64,000 bases of DNA from positions 67,697-131,696 of the forward strand of contig SCTS01000005.1 of NCBI GenBank assembly GCA_004322365.1, read 5' to 3'. The translations under genes were made by a program, and so were the position numbers. A model generated the notes under the pieces. It did no database searches. It was not told the origin of the DNA and saw only the letters and a list, made by a program, of their open reading frames with translations. This document shows positions 25,814 to 35,770 of this stretch, piece after piece (the first letter of the stretch is position 1; each line of letters opens with the position of its first letter). This DNA is from Patescibacteria group bacterium (GTDB lineage Bacteria > Patescibacteriota > Minisyncoccia > Phycocordibacterales > Phycocordibacteraceae).

Positions 25814-26380
25814 TTAATATTTTCTAATCACGCCACGCACAATTGCGGTGATAGTGAGTTCATCTTCAGGATAAATTGGCTTGTATGCGCTGTTAGCTGG
25901 TTCCAAATAAGGCTTCCCTTTTTTCATACGGAAATATTTCATCGTCCATCCGCCATCAACTTCGGCAATAACTATCTCCCCTTCTTTTGCGACAGTTGCT
26001 CGCTCTGCAATAACCATGTCACCCTCTACAATACCTGCATCTTTCATAGAGTCACCTTTCACCCGAAGTAAATATGTCTGCTCACGGTCACGGATAAGAT
26101 AGTCATCTAATGAAATACTATCAAGTACCTCCTCTTCAGCAGTTGCAGGCATGCCGGCTTCTACAAGACCTAAGATTTTTATTTCTCCCAAAACTGTTGT
26201 AGGAATGAGGCGTCCTCGGCGGTCTTTCTTCAACTGCCCTCGACGCACTAAACGCTCAACCAATTTGAATACGGAATCCTTGGAGCGGAGACCTGTGATA
26301 TCCATTATTTCCGCGTACGACGGCATGCGCCAACGAGACCTATAAAACTGAAGAATCTCTCTCAAATACGATGTATCCAT
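25814..26380 (-). CDS. lexA: LexA-family transcriptional repressor (S24 peptidase)
   Basis: N-terminal winged HTH (SYAEIMDITGLRSKDSVFKLVERLVRRG), then a cleavage site and S24 catalytic VKGDSM ... K dyad. Start trimmed to the internal MDTSYLRE. Confidence 0.8.
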   Translation of the reverse strand: MDTSYLREILQFYRSRWRMPSYAEIMDITGLRSKDSVFKLVERLVRRGQLKKDRRGRLIPTTVLGEIKILGLVEAGMPATAEEEVLDSISLDDYLIRDREQTYLLRVKGDSMKDAGIVEGDMVIAERATVAKEGEIVIAEVDGGWTMKYFRMKKGKPYLEPANSAYKPIYPEDELTITAIVRGVIRKY

Positions 26381-26448
26381 ATACTTGCAGTATAAGCGAA
26401 CGAACGTTCGCCGTGCAAGATTAGTTATCCACTCCTCCCCTAACAACC

Positions 26449-27534
26449 TTAGTTAAAGACCTTAGAAACAAGCTTCTTGAGCTGGGTGCGGAAATTCACC
26501 GTGGGGATAGCTACGCCTACATAACGCTCAACACTACCCGCAAACATATCAGCTGAATGTTCCCACGAAAATGTAAGTGCTTTTTCACGACACTTCTCTC
26601 GCGAGAGTGTTAAACATTTTTTAGCAGCCTCAGTGAGATCATCGCTCAAAAATCCATCAACTCCATCTTCAATAACATCCTTTGGCCCCATAACATTGTG
26701 TGCGGCAACTGGAAGGCCACACGCAAGCGCCTCAAGTACCACTAAACCAAATGTTTCAGTACGCGAAGGGAAAACAAAAACATCAGACGCTGAAAGAATG
26801 TCGATGAGCTCCTGACCTCGCTTGTAACCAAGAAATACATTTTTCTTGCCATACCTTCGTTCTAATTTTTTTCGCTCAGGCCCATCCCCTACCACCAGTT
26901 TTGTGCCAGGAAGTTCCATGCTCAAAAATTCCTCAACACTCTTCTCTTTTGCAATCCTTCCAAAATATACAAAAATAGGGTGCTGAAATTTTACCTCCGC
27001 TCTCTTTTCTTCATTTGGCTTGAAAACAGAGGTATCAATACCTGGTGGCCATAGAACAACATTCTTAAAATTATGCGCCTCAAGTTCAGCCTTTAGTGTT
27101 TCATTACTTGCCATAACCGCCTCGGCCGCACTATGAAACCAAGACATGTACACTCGAGAGAAGACAGCAAGTAGTGTTCCCCCAAATATGTAATGAGGGA
27201 GGTATCGTGGAAAATTGGTGTGATATGAGGTAGTGAATGCAATACCTCTCCGCTTTAGTAATGATCGGGCTGAGAGCCCTAGTGTCCACTCAGTTGCAAT
27301 GTGTACATACTCTGGCTGGACTGAATCAAATATCTTTTTCATTTTCCTATCAGGAAAAAATGTCATAGAGATTTCTGGGTACAGTGGAAACGGGAACGCA
27401 ATAAAAAGTCCTGGATGCACAACAGTGACTTCAAAATCACGCTCTTTAAGATACGGAATAGTTCGCTCAAAGAGCGTTACCACTCCGTTCACCTGTGGCG
27501 CCCAAGCGTCAGTGACTATAATGAGTTTCTTCAT
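26449..27534 (-). CDS. glycosyltransferase family 4 (GT-B fold)
   Basis: MKKLIIVTDAWAPQVNGVVT N-terminus and C-terminal E-x7-E-like region (FVFPSRTETFGLVVLEALACGLPV). Confidence 0.8.
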   Translation of the reverse strand: MKKLIIVTDAWAPQVNGVVTLFERTIPYLKERDFEVTVVHPGLFIAFPFPLYPEISMTFFPDRKMKKIFDSVQPEYVHIATEWTLGLSARSLLKRRGIAFTTSYHTNFPRYLPHYIFGGTLLAVFSRVYMSWFHSAAEAVMASNETLKAELEAHNFKNVVLWPPGIDTSVFKPNEEKRAEVKFQHPIFVYFGRIAKEKSVEEFLSMELPGTKLVVGDGPERKKLERRYGKKNVFLGYKRGQELIDILSASDVFVFPSRTETFGLVVLEALACGLPVAAHNVMGPKDVIEDGVDGFLSDDLTEAAKKCLTLSREKCREKALTFSWEHSADMFAGSVERYVGVAIPTVNFRTQLKKLVSKVFN

Positions 27535-27659
27535 GCAGTAGAAATTATTTCAGAGAAAATACCGCCAACGGGTTTACTTATTCAATGATACCTTGAATTC
27601 TCTTAGAAAAAAACGATTAATCTTTCATTCCCAAACTCACCTATGTTACACTTCGATTA

Positions 27660-29063
27660 ATGTCTGACTTAGGAGAAAAGTGTGGCGTTTTTGGAGTTTA
27701 TGGGAAAGGAATGGAGGCTGCGCGTCTTACCTTCTTCGGACTCTACGCCCTCCAGCACCGAGGTCAAGAAAGTTCTGGGATTGCCACATCAAACGGAGAA
27801 ACTATTTTCTGTCATAAGAAAATGGGCCTCGTCGCTCAAGCATTTGCTGAAAAAGATATTCAACGCCTCGTGGGTCACATTGCTGTTGGACATAACCGCT
27901 ACTCAACTTCAAAATCTTCACAGCTGAAACACTCCCAACCTACACACATAGAAGATGTTGGCCTCACGCTAGTGCATAACGGCAATATTCCTTCTACTAC
28001 CCTCCTTGAAAATTTTCTTGCTTCAAAAAACATTGCCTATAAAACACTTTCCGACTCTGAAATGATTGCAGAGACCATTGCAGTCCACATGCGCGAAGGG
28101 TCTACCTTAGAAGACGCCGTTCCAAAAGCATTCCCCCTTCTCACAGGGGCGTTTTCTATTCTATTAATGGATAAACATAACCTCGTTGCTATCAGAGACA
28201 ATTACGGTATTCGCCCACTCTCTATAGGTACTTTAAATGGTGGGTTTGTTTTTTCATCGGAGACATGCGCATTCCATCCCATTGGAGCCGAGGAACTTCG
28301 TGATGTACGCCCTGGAGAAATGATTATAGTAAACGAGAGTGGCATGCGTTCTGTTCAAATTGCGATGGGCATTCAAAAGCTTGATATATTCGAATTCGTG
28401 TATTTTGCACGACCAGACTCAGTGCTTCTTGGTAAGTCAGTCTATAGTGTTCGAAAAAACTTCGGTATTGAGCTTGCAAAAGAGTTTCCATTAGACGCTG
28501 ATGTGATTATTCCAGTTCCAGAAACAGCAATGCCTGTTGCGATAGGCTACTCTCAAGCATTAGGGATTCCACTTGAAACAGGACTCATAAAAAATCGCTA
28601 CATACACCGCACATTCATTCAACCGGAACAACACATTCGCGAGCAAGGTGTAAAAATAAAACTCACTCCACTACCAGAGGTCATCAAAGGTAAGAAAGTT
28701 GTAATTATGGATGACTCTATAGTTCGCGGAACAACATCAAAACAAATTGTACAAATGGTTTTTGAAGCGGGAGCGAAGGAAGTAAACTTCCTCGTCAGCT
28801 CACCTCCTGTACGATTTCCTGATTTTTACGGCATTGATACTCCAACACAAAAAGAACTCATTGGGGCACAAAAAACACCTGAAGAAATACGAGAATACCT
28901 TGGTGCAACACGATTACACTTTCTTTCATATGACGGATTGATTCGAGCAACAGGTCTACACCCCGACATGTTTTGCACTTCATGCTTCACCGGCGAATAT
29001 CCAATAGATATTAAAGAGCGCGTCACTGAAATTCATTCACTCCCGACCGCAAAACTTTTTTAA
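27660..29063 (+). CDS. purF: amidophosphoribosyltransferase
   Basis: MSDLGEKCGVFGVYG (N-terminal nucleophile Cys), LQHRGQESSGIA, and a PRTase domain DDSIVRGTT. Confidence 0.9.
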   Translation: MSDLGEKCGVFGVYGKGMEAARLTFFGLYALQHRGQESSGIATSNGETIFCHKKMGLVAQAFAEKDIQRLVGHIAVGHNRYSTSKSSQLKHSQPTHIEDVGLTLVHNGNIPSTTLLENFLASKNIAYKTLSDSEMIAETIAVHMREGSTLEDAVPKAFPLLTGAFSILLMDKHNLVAIRDNYGIRPLSIGTLNGGFVFSSETCAFHPIGAEELRDVRPGEMIIVNESGMRSVQIAMGIQKLDIFEFVYFARPDSVLLGKSVYSVRKNFGIELAKEFPLDADVIIPVPETAMPVAIGYSQALGIPLETGLIKNRYIHRTFIQPEQHIREQGVKIKLTPLPEVIKGKKVVIMDDSIVRGTTSKQIVQMVFEAGAKEVNFLVSSPPVRFPDFYGIDTPTQKELIGAQKTPEEIREYLGATRLHFLSYDGLIRATGLHPDMFCTSCFTGEYPIDIKERVTEIHSLPTAKLF

Positions 29064-29073
29064 AAAGGAATCT

Positions 29074-29955
29074 CTAAACGCTCCAGCGAGCAAATATCCC
29101 CGCGGGCAGTAACCGACTGGTGCGTGCCTCCTCAATAGTTAGTTCACCCATCTCAACATCTCCTCCGTGCTTTTCAATAATTGATTCCAAATTGTGTGCA
29201 AACGCGAGCGATGAATAACCGGCGGCATACCCACTCACTAGCATAAATAGTGGCTTGTCTGACAAAAGCGCCCGGCAGAGTTTCATAAGCATTAGAAAGT
29301 TCTCCTCAATTTTCCACAATTCATCTTTTGGTCCATGACCAAAAGCAGGAGGGTCCATAATAATCGCGTCGTAGGTATTCTTTCGTTTTACTTCCCTCTC
29401 AACAAATTTCATGACATCTTCCGTGACCCAGCGGATTGGTTTTTCATTCAAACCAGAAAGTTTTGCATTCGCCTTTGCCCATTCGATTGCTGTTTTTGAT
29501 GCATCGACATGCGTAACTTGCGCACCAGCTTTTGCGGCAGCGAGCGTTGCCCCGCCCGTGTATGCGAAGAGGTTCAGGATCTTTATAGGTTCTAGGTTCG
29601 AGGTTCTAGGTTCCAGCTTCTCGGAGATCCATTGCCAATTGGGAACCTGCTCTGGGAAAAGACCGGTGTGCTTGAAGGAAGTAGGGCGAATCAGAAAATT
29701 CAGCCCACCAAGTTCAATGTGCCACTCTTTGGGAAAATCTTTCCCTGTGTGCCAATCACCTCCTTTTGCTTTGCGCTCATACCACGCATCTGCGGATTTC
29801 CACTCGTCATCGGCAAGATGTTTCTCCCACAATGCCTGTGGGTCAGGGCGTGAAAGAACAATGTCCCCATATCTCTCAAGCTTTTCTTCTCGACCAGAGT
29901 CAAGAAGTTCGTAATCCTTAGAGGGCTTCGTCGTCAATATGCTGTGCAACATTCC
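29074..29955 (-). CDS. class I SAM-dependent rRNA methyltransferase (RlmI/RlmK-like)
   Basis: LNLFAYTGGATLAAAKAGAQVTHVDAS (motif I), IIMDPPAF (motif IV). Contains an in-frame repeat-like insertion LEPRTSNLEPIKILN. Confidence 0.7.
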   Translation of the reverse strand, partial: GMLHSILTTKPSKDYELLDSGREEKLERYGDIVLSRPDPQALWEKHLADDEWKSADAWYERKAKGGDWHTGKDFPKEWHIELGGLNFLIRPTSFKHTGLFPEQVPNWQWISEKLEPRTSNLEPIKILNLFAYTGGATLAAAKAGAQVTHVDASKTAIEWAKANAKLSGLNEKPIRWVTEDVMKFVEREVKRKNTYDAIIMDPPAFGHGPKDELWKIEENFLMLMKLCRALLSDKPLFMLVSGYAAGYSSLAFAHNLESIIEKHGGDVEMGELTIEEARTSRLLPAGIFARWSV

Positions 29956-30066
29956 CTCCATGCTACCGCATGAACGCACCAATGGGTAGACATCTGGAAA
30001 TAATTAAATAAAAAAACATATACATATGAGTAGGATGTTTTGCCTCCTCATACGCACATAACATTC

Positions 30067-30106
30067 TGTATAGTTTAATTTAACGGTCGTTAACTTAAAC
30101 TATACA
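30067..30106. repeat. hairpin/palindrome TGTATAGTttaattTAACGgtCGTTAacttaaACTATACA (copy 2 of 2) in the divergent promoter region between the methyltransferase and ABC transporter genes
   Basis: Shares the outer CTGTATAGT/ACTATACA arms and the central TAACGGTCGTTA with the copy at 12049-12097. Inner arm positions differ but remain complementary, with one mismatch. Confidence 0.8.
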
Positions 30107-30167
30107 TGCATCTATTAGAAAAAATGAGAAAATAAAATGTGCACATGCTAAAGTAAGAAACAACAAT

Positions 30168-30926
30168 ATGAACGAACCAGCACTCAGCATAACTAACCTC
30201 ACAAAAACCTACGCGAGCGGAACGGTAGCACTTCAAGGTGTTTCTCTCACTATTCCCACGGGCGACTTCTTTGCGCTTTTAGGTCCAAACGGTGCAGGTA
30301 AAACAACCATCATTGGCATAACAACTGGCCTTGTAAACAAAACGACCGGAGAGGTAAAAATCTTTGGTGACGACATCACTACAAGTCCTGAAAAAGCAAA
30401 AACCCACATCGGGCTCGTGGGACAAGAAGTAAATTTCAATCCATTTGAAAAACCGTTCGACATTATAGTCAATCAAGCTGGGTACTATGGCATTCCCCGC
30501 TCTATTGCTATTCCACGAGCTGAAAAGCTTTTGAAAGACCTCGGTCTCTATGAAAAAAGAGACCAGCGTGCCATGACGCTTTCAGGGGGAATGAAACGCC
30601 GTTTGATGATCGCGCGTGCTCTCGTGCATGAACCAAAGTTTTTGATTCTCGATGAACCAACAGCGGGTGTTGATGTAGAACTTCGCCGTAGCATGTGGGA
30701 GTACTTAAAAGGCCTCACTGCAAAAGGGGTAACCATCCTTTTAACAACGCACTACCTTGAAGAAGCGGAGCAACTTTGCAAACATGTTGCCATCATAAAC
30801 AAAGGCTCCATTGTCGCCTCAGGAACTATGACTGAAATTCTTGCCATGCATGATGATGGCCCCAGAGACGGTGCCTACCGTGCAGGAAAACTTGAGGAAG
30901 TATTCATTAAGCTCACGCAAAATTAA
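30168..30926 (+). CDS. ABC transporter ATP-binding protein
   Basis: Walker A GPNGAGKTT, signature LSGGMKRRL, Walker B ILDEPTAGVD. Confidence 0.85.
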   Translation: MNEPALSITNLTKTYASGTVALQGVSLTIPTGDFFALLGPNGAGKTTIIGITTGLVNKTTGEVKIFGDDITTSPEKAKTHIGLVGQEVNFNPFEKPFDIIVNQAGYYGIPRSIAIPRAEKLLKDLGLYEKRDQRAMTLSGGMKRRLMIARALVHEPKFLILDEPTAGVDVELRRSMWEYLKGLTAKGVTILLTTHYLEEAEQLCKHVAIINKGSIVASGTMTEILAMHDDGPRDGAYRAGKLEEVFIKLTQN

Positions 30927-30927
30927 C

Positions 30928-31704
30928 ATGCCACTCAAAAGCACTTGGATATCCTTTTACACAATACTCCGCAAAGATGTGATGCGAATCTTTCGTATAT
31001 GGCCACAAACATTTCTTCCCTCTATCGTTACCTCAGTTCTCTACTTTTTAGTGTTTGGCACTATTATTGGGTCACGACTTGGAGACTTTAATGGCGTTTC
31101 ATATATTCACTTTATTATTCCAGGACTTGTTCTGCTTGCGGTAGTAACAAATGCATTCACTAATACTGCATCGACATTCTTTCAGGCAAAGTTCTTCTCA
31201 CGAAATATCGATGAAATTCTCGTCTCCCCAACTCCACCATGGGTCATCATTGGTGGCTTTGTTGCAGGAGGAATGGTGCGTGGGATTTTAGTGGGACTCC
31301 TCGTTCTCACTGTGTCGGTATTCTTTGCGCTCCCTCCTCTCATGCATCCTTTTGTGATTCTCCTCTTTCTCATTCTTTCTAGCATGATCTTTGCTTTGGC
31401 AGGATTAGTAAACGGAATCTATGCAAAAAGTTTTGATGGCATTACCATTATTCCAACATTCGTCCTTACGCCACTCATTTACTTAGGCGGTGTTTTTTAT
31501 TCAGTCGCATCATTGCCTGATGTCTTTAAAGCATTCACACTCGTCAATCCAATTTTCTATCTTGTGAACGGCTTCCGTTACGGTTTCTTAGGGTTTTCTG
31601 ATGTATCTCTCTCACTTTCAATTGCAGTACTTCTTGCGCTCACCGCAGTTCTCGTTGCAATCAACTGGTATCTATTGAGAACAGGTCTTGGACTCAAACA
31701 ATAA
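30928..31704 (+). CDS. ABC-2 type transporter permease
   Basis: Six TM helices and ABC-2 family architecture. Start trimmed to MPLKSTW, directly after the ATPase stop. Confidence 0.75.
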   Translation: MPLKSTWISFYTILRKDVMRIFRIWPQTFLPSIVTSVLYFLVFGTIIGSRLGDFNGVSYIHFIIPGLVLLAVVTNAFTNTASTFFQAKFFSRNIDEILVSPTPPWVIIGGFVAGGMVRGILVGLLVLTVSVFFALPPLMHPFVILLFLILSSMIFALAGLVNGIYAKSFDGITIIPTFVLTPLIYLGGVFYSVASLPDVFKAFTLVNPIFYLVNGFRYGFLGFSDVSLSLSIAVLLALTAVLVAINWYLLRTGLGLKQ

Positions 31705-31730
31705 ATTGCATACTGTTACACTAACAAGGC

Positions 31731-32135
31731 ATGCATCGAAAATCTTTGTATCGCTTCATTCGCTACATTACTGTTGGAGTTTCAACGTTCCTCTTTGATC
31801 TTGTAATCCTCTTTGCGCTCACTCACTTCTTCAATGTTCCCTACACAGTTGCGGTCGCCATAGGATTCATCATCGGCATGACGCTCAACTACGCCATCTC
31901 ACGAGCATGGGTATTTCGTGGGACTGAACGACACATTCATCATGGATATGCCTATTTCTTAGGCGGAGGATTAGTAAGCCTCACTGCAATACTCACACTA
32001 GTTACCGTCTTTGTAGAGCGTCTTGGTATACCACTTCTGTTTGCCCGTGTACTCGTTTCTGGAATTGTGGGGTGTGGTAATTACCTCTTTAATCTCTATC
32101 TCAATTTCAAAGTAGCAGGAAAGCATATACACTAG
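31731..32135 (+). CDS. GtrA-family membrane protein
   Basis: FIRYITVGVSTFLFDLVILFALTHFF...AISRAWVFRG is typical of GtrA. Confidence 0.65.
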   Translation: MHRKSLYRFIRYITVGVSTFLFDLVILFALTHFFNVPYTVAVAIGFIIGMTLNYAISRAWVFRGTERHIHHGYAYFLGGGLVSLTAILTLVTVFVERLGIPLLFARVLVSGIVGCGNYLFNLYLNFKVAGKHIH

Positions 32136-32141
32136 ATACAC

Positions 32142-32738
32142 ATGCTCCCCGACTTACCATCTCTTATACAAACAATTGGCTACGTCGGCATCACCGCCAT
32201 AGTATTTGCAGAATCAGGACTTTTCTTTGGGTTCTTTTTACCTGGCGACAGTCTTCTCTTCACAGCAGGATTCCTAGCCTCACAAGGATTCCTCAACATT
32301 TTTATTCTTATTGCACTCACAACAACTGCAGCTATTCTCGGCGACTCGGTAGGATATTGGTTCGGGAAAAAGGTAGGCCCTTTTATATTTTCACGACCTG
32401 ATTCATTCTTGTTCAGCCATAAGCGGGTCGAAGACGCCAGCGCCTTCTTTGCTAAACATGGCCCAAAAAGTCTCATTCTTGCACGCTTCATTCCAGCGGT
32501 GCGCACCTTCACACCAATTCTAGCAGGAGTGGGTCAAATGAATTACCACACTTTTCTTAAATACAATGTTATTGGCGGTATCCTTTGGGGCACTGGTCTA
32601 CCTATTCTTGGATACTTCTTGGGTCGCCTCGTTCCCCACCCCGACCGCTACATAATCCCTATCGTTCTTCTCATCATTGTAGTTTCAATACTTCCTGTCC
32701 TTCGAGAGGTATTTCGTAAAAAGAAAACAAATACTTGA
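32142..32738 (+). CDS. DedA/SNARE-associated (TVP38) family membrane protein
   Basis: AESGLFFGFFLPGDSLLFTAGFLA is the DedA core motif. Confidence 0.75.
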   Translation: MLPDLPSLIQTIGYVGITAIVFAESGLFFGFFLPGDSLLFTAGFLASQGFLNIFILIALTTTAAILGDSVGYWFGKKVGPFIFSRPDSFLFSHKRVEDASAFFAKHGPKSLILARFIPAVRTFTPILAGVGQMNYHTFLKYNVIGGILWGTGLPILGYFLGRLVPHPDRYIIPIVLLIIVVSILPVLREVFRKKKTNT

Positions 32739-32811
32739 CTTTTGTAACCTTTTTGTTGTGATTTAGGTATTGTATATAGGTCGATGTTACAAACCAATAT
32801 ACAAATTTTAT

Positions 32812-32994
32812 ATGAGTAGAGAAGCAATCAAAGTAAAACTTGTTGGGATGTCATCGGAAGAAAGAGCGATGTTTGATACATTACCAGCGGGAGTTAGAAA
32901 AGATTTAATAAAAGCATATTTTGACGCACGGGATATTGGTGGAGCAGCTTTTGAAAAAGCAAAAGGAATGCTACTTGCTCATGACGGGGACTAA
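32812..32994 (+). CDS. small hypothetical protein
   Basis: 60-aa ORF from MSREAIKV; no support beyond ORF length. Confidence 0.2.
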   Translation: MSREAIKVKLVGMSSEERAMFDTLPAGVRKDLIKAYFDARDIGGAAFEKAKGMLLAHDGD

Positions 32995-33200
32995 GGTGAC
33001 GGCAGAAAACACCCCTTTCTAGGCACATAGTTACCCACAAGGAATCCTCGTGCATTGCATTTATATGACTTTCGTGTCATCATACTAGTAAGGGTACGAT
33101 TGTCTTCAACTCTCCATGGAAGCGCTCACGGAAGGCGCTTAAAAGGTTAGGCTAAGCATCAAGCTCTTGCATTAATTAGGTTAGTATAGAAAAAAATATT

Positions 33201-33524
33201 GTGGCTAAGAAATTATATTTCGGTGGCTTGTCTTACGACACCACTGATGACAGTTTAAAAGCAGCGTGTGACCAATTTGGCGCCGTATCATCTGCAAAGG
33301 TGATCATGGACCGCGAAACAGGTCGCTCACGAGGTTTCGGTTTCGTCGAAATGTCTTCGGACGATGAGGCGATGGCAGTTATCTCAGGGCTTGATGGTAA
33401 AGATGTTGATGGACGCACTGTTCGCGTTTCTGAGGCTCGTCCTCAGGAAGAGGGTGGTGGCAACCGTGGCGGTGGAAACCGTGGCGGAGGTTTTGGTGGC
33501 GGAGACCGCCGAAACAGCTGGTAG
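33201..33524 (+). CDS. RRM-type RNA-binding protein with Gly/Arg-rich tail (GTG start)
   Basis: RNP-2 LYFGGL and RNP-1 RGFGFVEM, with a C-terminal GGGNRGGGNRGGGFGGG tail. The first codon is GTG. Confidence 0.8.
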   Translation: MAKKLYFGGLSYDTTDDSLKAACDQFGAVSSAKVIMDRETGRSRGFGFVEMSSDDEAMAVISGLDGKDVDGRTVRVSEARPQEEGGGNRGGGNRGGGFGGGDRRNSW

Positions 33525-33552
33525 GATTTTTGATCCTTTCCTAAAAATTAAA

Positions 33553-33584
33553 AACCCGAGCATTCCGAGCTCGGGTTTTTTCTT
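33553..33584. terminator. bidirectional rho-independent terminator between convergent genes
   Basis: aaaaaCCCGAGCattccGAGCTCGGGtttttt. Confidence 0.7.
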
Positions 33585-33593
33585 ATACTAGAG

Positions 33594-34178
33594 CTAATCA
33601 CCTTCAAATTTTTCCGCACCAGGGCACCCTGGAAACCCAAGATTCTTTGCGGAATAAAATTCATTCACGAAGTATGGTACGTTCACATCGGCAACAAGGG
33701 TGCAAATATCAGCATTAGAAATACCAAGTTTCTCTATAAGGTTCTTAGTTGCACTTCTCCGTACTTCACCTATAGGCTCTTTAAGAATGACCACAATAAA
33801 AAATGTGCCTTCAGGAGAATACAAAATTTCATAAGCGGATTCAGCGGTGGTAGTGCTGACTTCTGAATTAGGAAACCACGATAGAAAAGAACTCGGTGGT
33901 GTGGTGGAGGCAACACCAATATCTTTTGTAAACTCTCGAACGAGAATAGGACCGTTACTGCTCGCTATTTCAAGAGTATTTGGAGGTGGATTCCCTGTCC
34001 CCGCAGGTGTTGTGTTGCCACCTGCCCGAGGGTTCGTACCAAGAAGAGTGCTGACAGGCGGAGTATCGCTTGGCCGAGCAGATGGTACTTGTGCAAGAAA
34101 ATACAAAGTGCCAGTAAACCCTATGAGTGCGAGAGTTGCTACTGCGAGAACTAAGGTGAGTATGTTTTGTTGATTCAT
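33594..34178 (-). CDS. secreted hypothetical protein
   Basis: Start trimmed to MNQQNILTLVLAVATLALIG (signal anchor); Pro/Thr-rich linker. Confidence 0.45.
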   Translation of the reverse strand: MNQQNILTLVLAVATLALIGFTGTLYFLAQVPSARPSDTPPVSTLLGTNPRAGGNTTPAGTGNPPPNTLEIASSNGPILVREFTKDIGVASTTPPSSFLSWFPNSEVSTTTAESAYEILYSPEGTFFIVVILKEPIGEVRRSATKNLIEKLGISNADICTLVADVNVPYFVNEFYSAKNLGFPGCPGAEKFEGD

Positions 34179-34192
34179 GTTTTTATAAAAAA

Positions 34193-35152
34193 TTAGAATA
34201 CGCAGAGACTGTTTACCTGTATGTCCCAATGGGGCTGTGAACCAAATTCTTTGGCGTACACATTGCCACATCGGTCGTTATAGAGTACCGCCCTTTGCCC
34301 TCCCCACGGAATAGCGACACCTCTAGGTGTCCTAGGGTCATACTGAAAATTTTGCTCAATGTAATTATTGAGAGCAGGGTTGTTGTTGCTACGAACATCC
34401 ACTTTAAAACCTGTTGCGTGAGCACCACCAGCGCGCACAGCTGAAGTCACGGTAAATTGACACCCACATCCCTGATGAAGCTCAATCAATTGATCAACGG
34501 TCCGCACTCGTATACCTGCAAGTGATGCACCTCGACTCTGTGGTGCGAAGCATGGAACGGCACCTCCACACACACCAGCTCGTTCGAGTTGTCGAATCGC
34601 TTGGTCGTGAGTGTATACACCCCCTACTGATGCCGTTGGAGAAGGCTGTCCCGCTCCTCCTCGCGTACCACCTGTGACTTGAGGACGAGGGGCAGGTGCA
34701 CCTGGTGCATCTGGGAATGCACCAGAAACAGGAGCAGAAATACAATCAATGTGAGTCCAGATGGTAATATTTTTCCCCGTTAACACCGAAAAAGTAATAT
34801 TCACCAGAAGCCATGCGGTAAGCACAATACATAAGCCAACGAATACATTAATGAACACCCCGTGTGCTTTCTTTACTTGGTCTGGTTTGCTTGCTGCGGT
34901 TACATACAGGATGCCTGCATAGGCAAACATGAGTGTGGCAACAATGACAGAGAAGGCAACAGCGAAGTTAATGACATTGTTTGCAAGTTCAGAAATATCG
35001 CACGCCTTGCACTCTGCCCCCTCACACTGAGGAACTAATCCCCCACCACTCCCACTTAAGAGTGCTGAAGGGTCTTGTTGAACTGCAGCAAATGCCACGA
35101 GTGGCATGAAAAACAATATCGGAAGAAGGAGTATTAATATCTTTTTCATCAC
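34193..35152 (-). CDS. fusion protein: pilin-like N-terminus (signal peptide plus two TM helices, TrbC/VirB2-like topology) and C-terminal M15-family zinc D,D-peptidase (VanY/endolysin-like) domain
   Basis: Signal peptide MMKKILILLLPILFFMPLVAFA, two TM helices, a Pro/Gly linker, then H-x6-D (GGAHATGFKVDV) and a PHWD (xxHxH-like) zinc-ligand motif as in the Hedgehog/DD-peptidase fold. Confidence 0.5.
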   Translation of the reverse strand: MMKKILILLLPILFFMPLVAFAAVQQDPSALLSGSGGGLVPQCEGAECKACDISELANNVINFAVAFSVIVATLMFAYAGILYVTAASKPDQVKKAHGVFINVFVGLCIVLTAWLLVNITFSVLTGKNITIWTHIDCISAPVSGAFPDAPGAPAPRPQVTGGTRGGAGQPSPTASVGGVYTHDQAIRQLERAGVCGGAVPCFAPQSRGASLAGIRVRTVDQLIELHQGCGCQFTVTSAVRAGGAHATGFKVDVRSNNNPALNNYIEQNFQYDPRTPRGVAIPWGGQRAVLYNDRCGNVYAKEFGSQPHWDIQVNSLCVF

Positions 35153-35325
35153 ACAATGAGTATACCCTTGAAAAGCAACTATGAATCTCTACATATGGCT
35201 CTGTGTGATACTTTTTAACCATTCCACACACCTCGAAGAACCGCATATTGACTTTCCTCATAGGAAGCACATGATTTAGAGAGATAGCGCATGATTATTG
35301 GTTTTCTAAACAGAAACTGAAACAT

Positions 35326-35751
35326 ATGGATCGAGATCCAAAGATATCTTTTACACGAAAAGCGAAAGGATTGGGTCTTGCGTTTTTAGGAGCTCTTTCG
35401 ATTGGCTTTGCAGATAATGCGGGTGCGCAGAGTGCACCACGAAGATCTTGGGAATATGGAGACATGAGTCCTGCAAATGCAGAATACTGCCGAAGAGCCG
35501 CAGAAACGGAAACTAGAGTGGCAAGAGAAGGTAGACATCCCAATATGGGTAACTTGTGTAGTTTTTATGATTTACCTGCGGATTTACGCTCAAGAGATGA
35601 GGCACTCTATGCTAGAGAAGCTGCAGCAGAGAGCCCGGCAGATAGAGCGCGCAGACAAGCTCAAGATGCGAAACTGCAGAAAGAGGAAGACGAACTTTTT
35701 AGGTACTGTGAAAGCGTAAACTTCGTAGGCGAGAGGTGCCGTGGTTTATAA
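35326..35751 (+). CDS. small secreted hypothetical protein
   Basis: Signal peptide LGLAFLGALSIGFADNAGA; Arg/Glu-rich with four Cys. Confidence 0.4.
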   Translation: MDRDPKISFTRKAKGLGLAFLGALSIGFADNAGAQSAPRRSWEYGDMSPANAEYCRRAAETETRVAREGRHPNMGNLCSFYDLPADLRSRDEALYAREAAAESPADRARRQAQDAKLQKEEDELFRYCESVNFVGERCRGL

Positions 35752-35770
35752 AACTTTCATTAGTTGCTGT

